From Dimorphilus gyrociliatus (lineage: Eukaryota > Animalia > Annelida), in NCBI GenBank assembly GCA_904063045.1, contig CAJFCJ010000020.1:302916-366915 (forward strand): 64,000 nt of DNA, in the 5' to 3' direction. A model generated the notes under the pieces. The model worked only from the letters and a program-made list of their open reading frames with translations, had not been told where the DNA came from and made no database searches. A program made the position numbers and the translations under genes. The stretch's first letter is position 1; every line of letters starts with the position of its first letter. This document shows, one piece after another, positions 63,931 to 64,000 of the stretch.

Positions 63931-64000
63931 CTGTTATAGATTTAAAGTAAAGGGTGCTATTTATTAAAATAAGAGCTTATTGTACTAACCATCCATTGAT

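Noticed and set aside
1-64000. rRNA, tRNA, CRISPR arrays, transposases, telomeric or large satellite repeats
   Set aside because: None recognised by eye; a covariance-model and repeat-library scan would be needed to exclude small RNAs and MITEs.

Overview
AT-rich eukaryotic (animal) genomic DNA with dense genes and mostly 55-70 bp GT-AG introns. The neuropeptides and collagens point to a compact-genome lophotrochozoan, plausibly a small annelid such as Dimorphilus (inference). All gene models were spliced by hand and checked for frame and phase. Left to right: a single-Ig-domain gene (-); a two-exon tachykinin-like neuropeptide precursor (-); a 12.5-kb tandem array of nine small secreted genes (+, 8.2-20.7 kb); VGAT/SLC32A1 (-); a CLASP with no visible TOG1, possibly joined to a long disordered exon (+); two head-to-head EGF/ZP-domain paralogs; an orphan coiled-coil ORF; a CES-2/PAR-type bZIP with a probable CRE-TATA alternative promoter; a GnRH/corazonin-type precursor (-); an 8-exon type II membrane protein with a Tyr-rich tail; a secreted GH116 glucosidase with a PAN/Apple-like insert; an alpha-arrestin; and the last exon of a (-) gene. 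The standout is the array. Eight genes encode 94-124 aa 'mini-collagens' (signal peptide, invariant Cys-Gln, short Thr-rich Gly-X-Y blocks, terminal C-X3-C-X4-C) and one is a collagen-less sibling. All nine share a 43-nt first coding exon and a fixed-spacing TCGTGA-TCGTGA-TATA promoter, and several show signs of gene conversion. I recognised no rRNA, tRNA, CRISPR array or transposase. No database search could be run, so novelty claims are untested.
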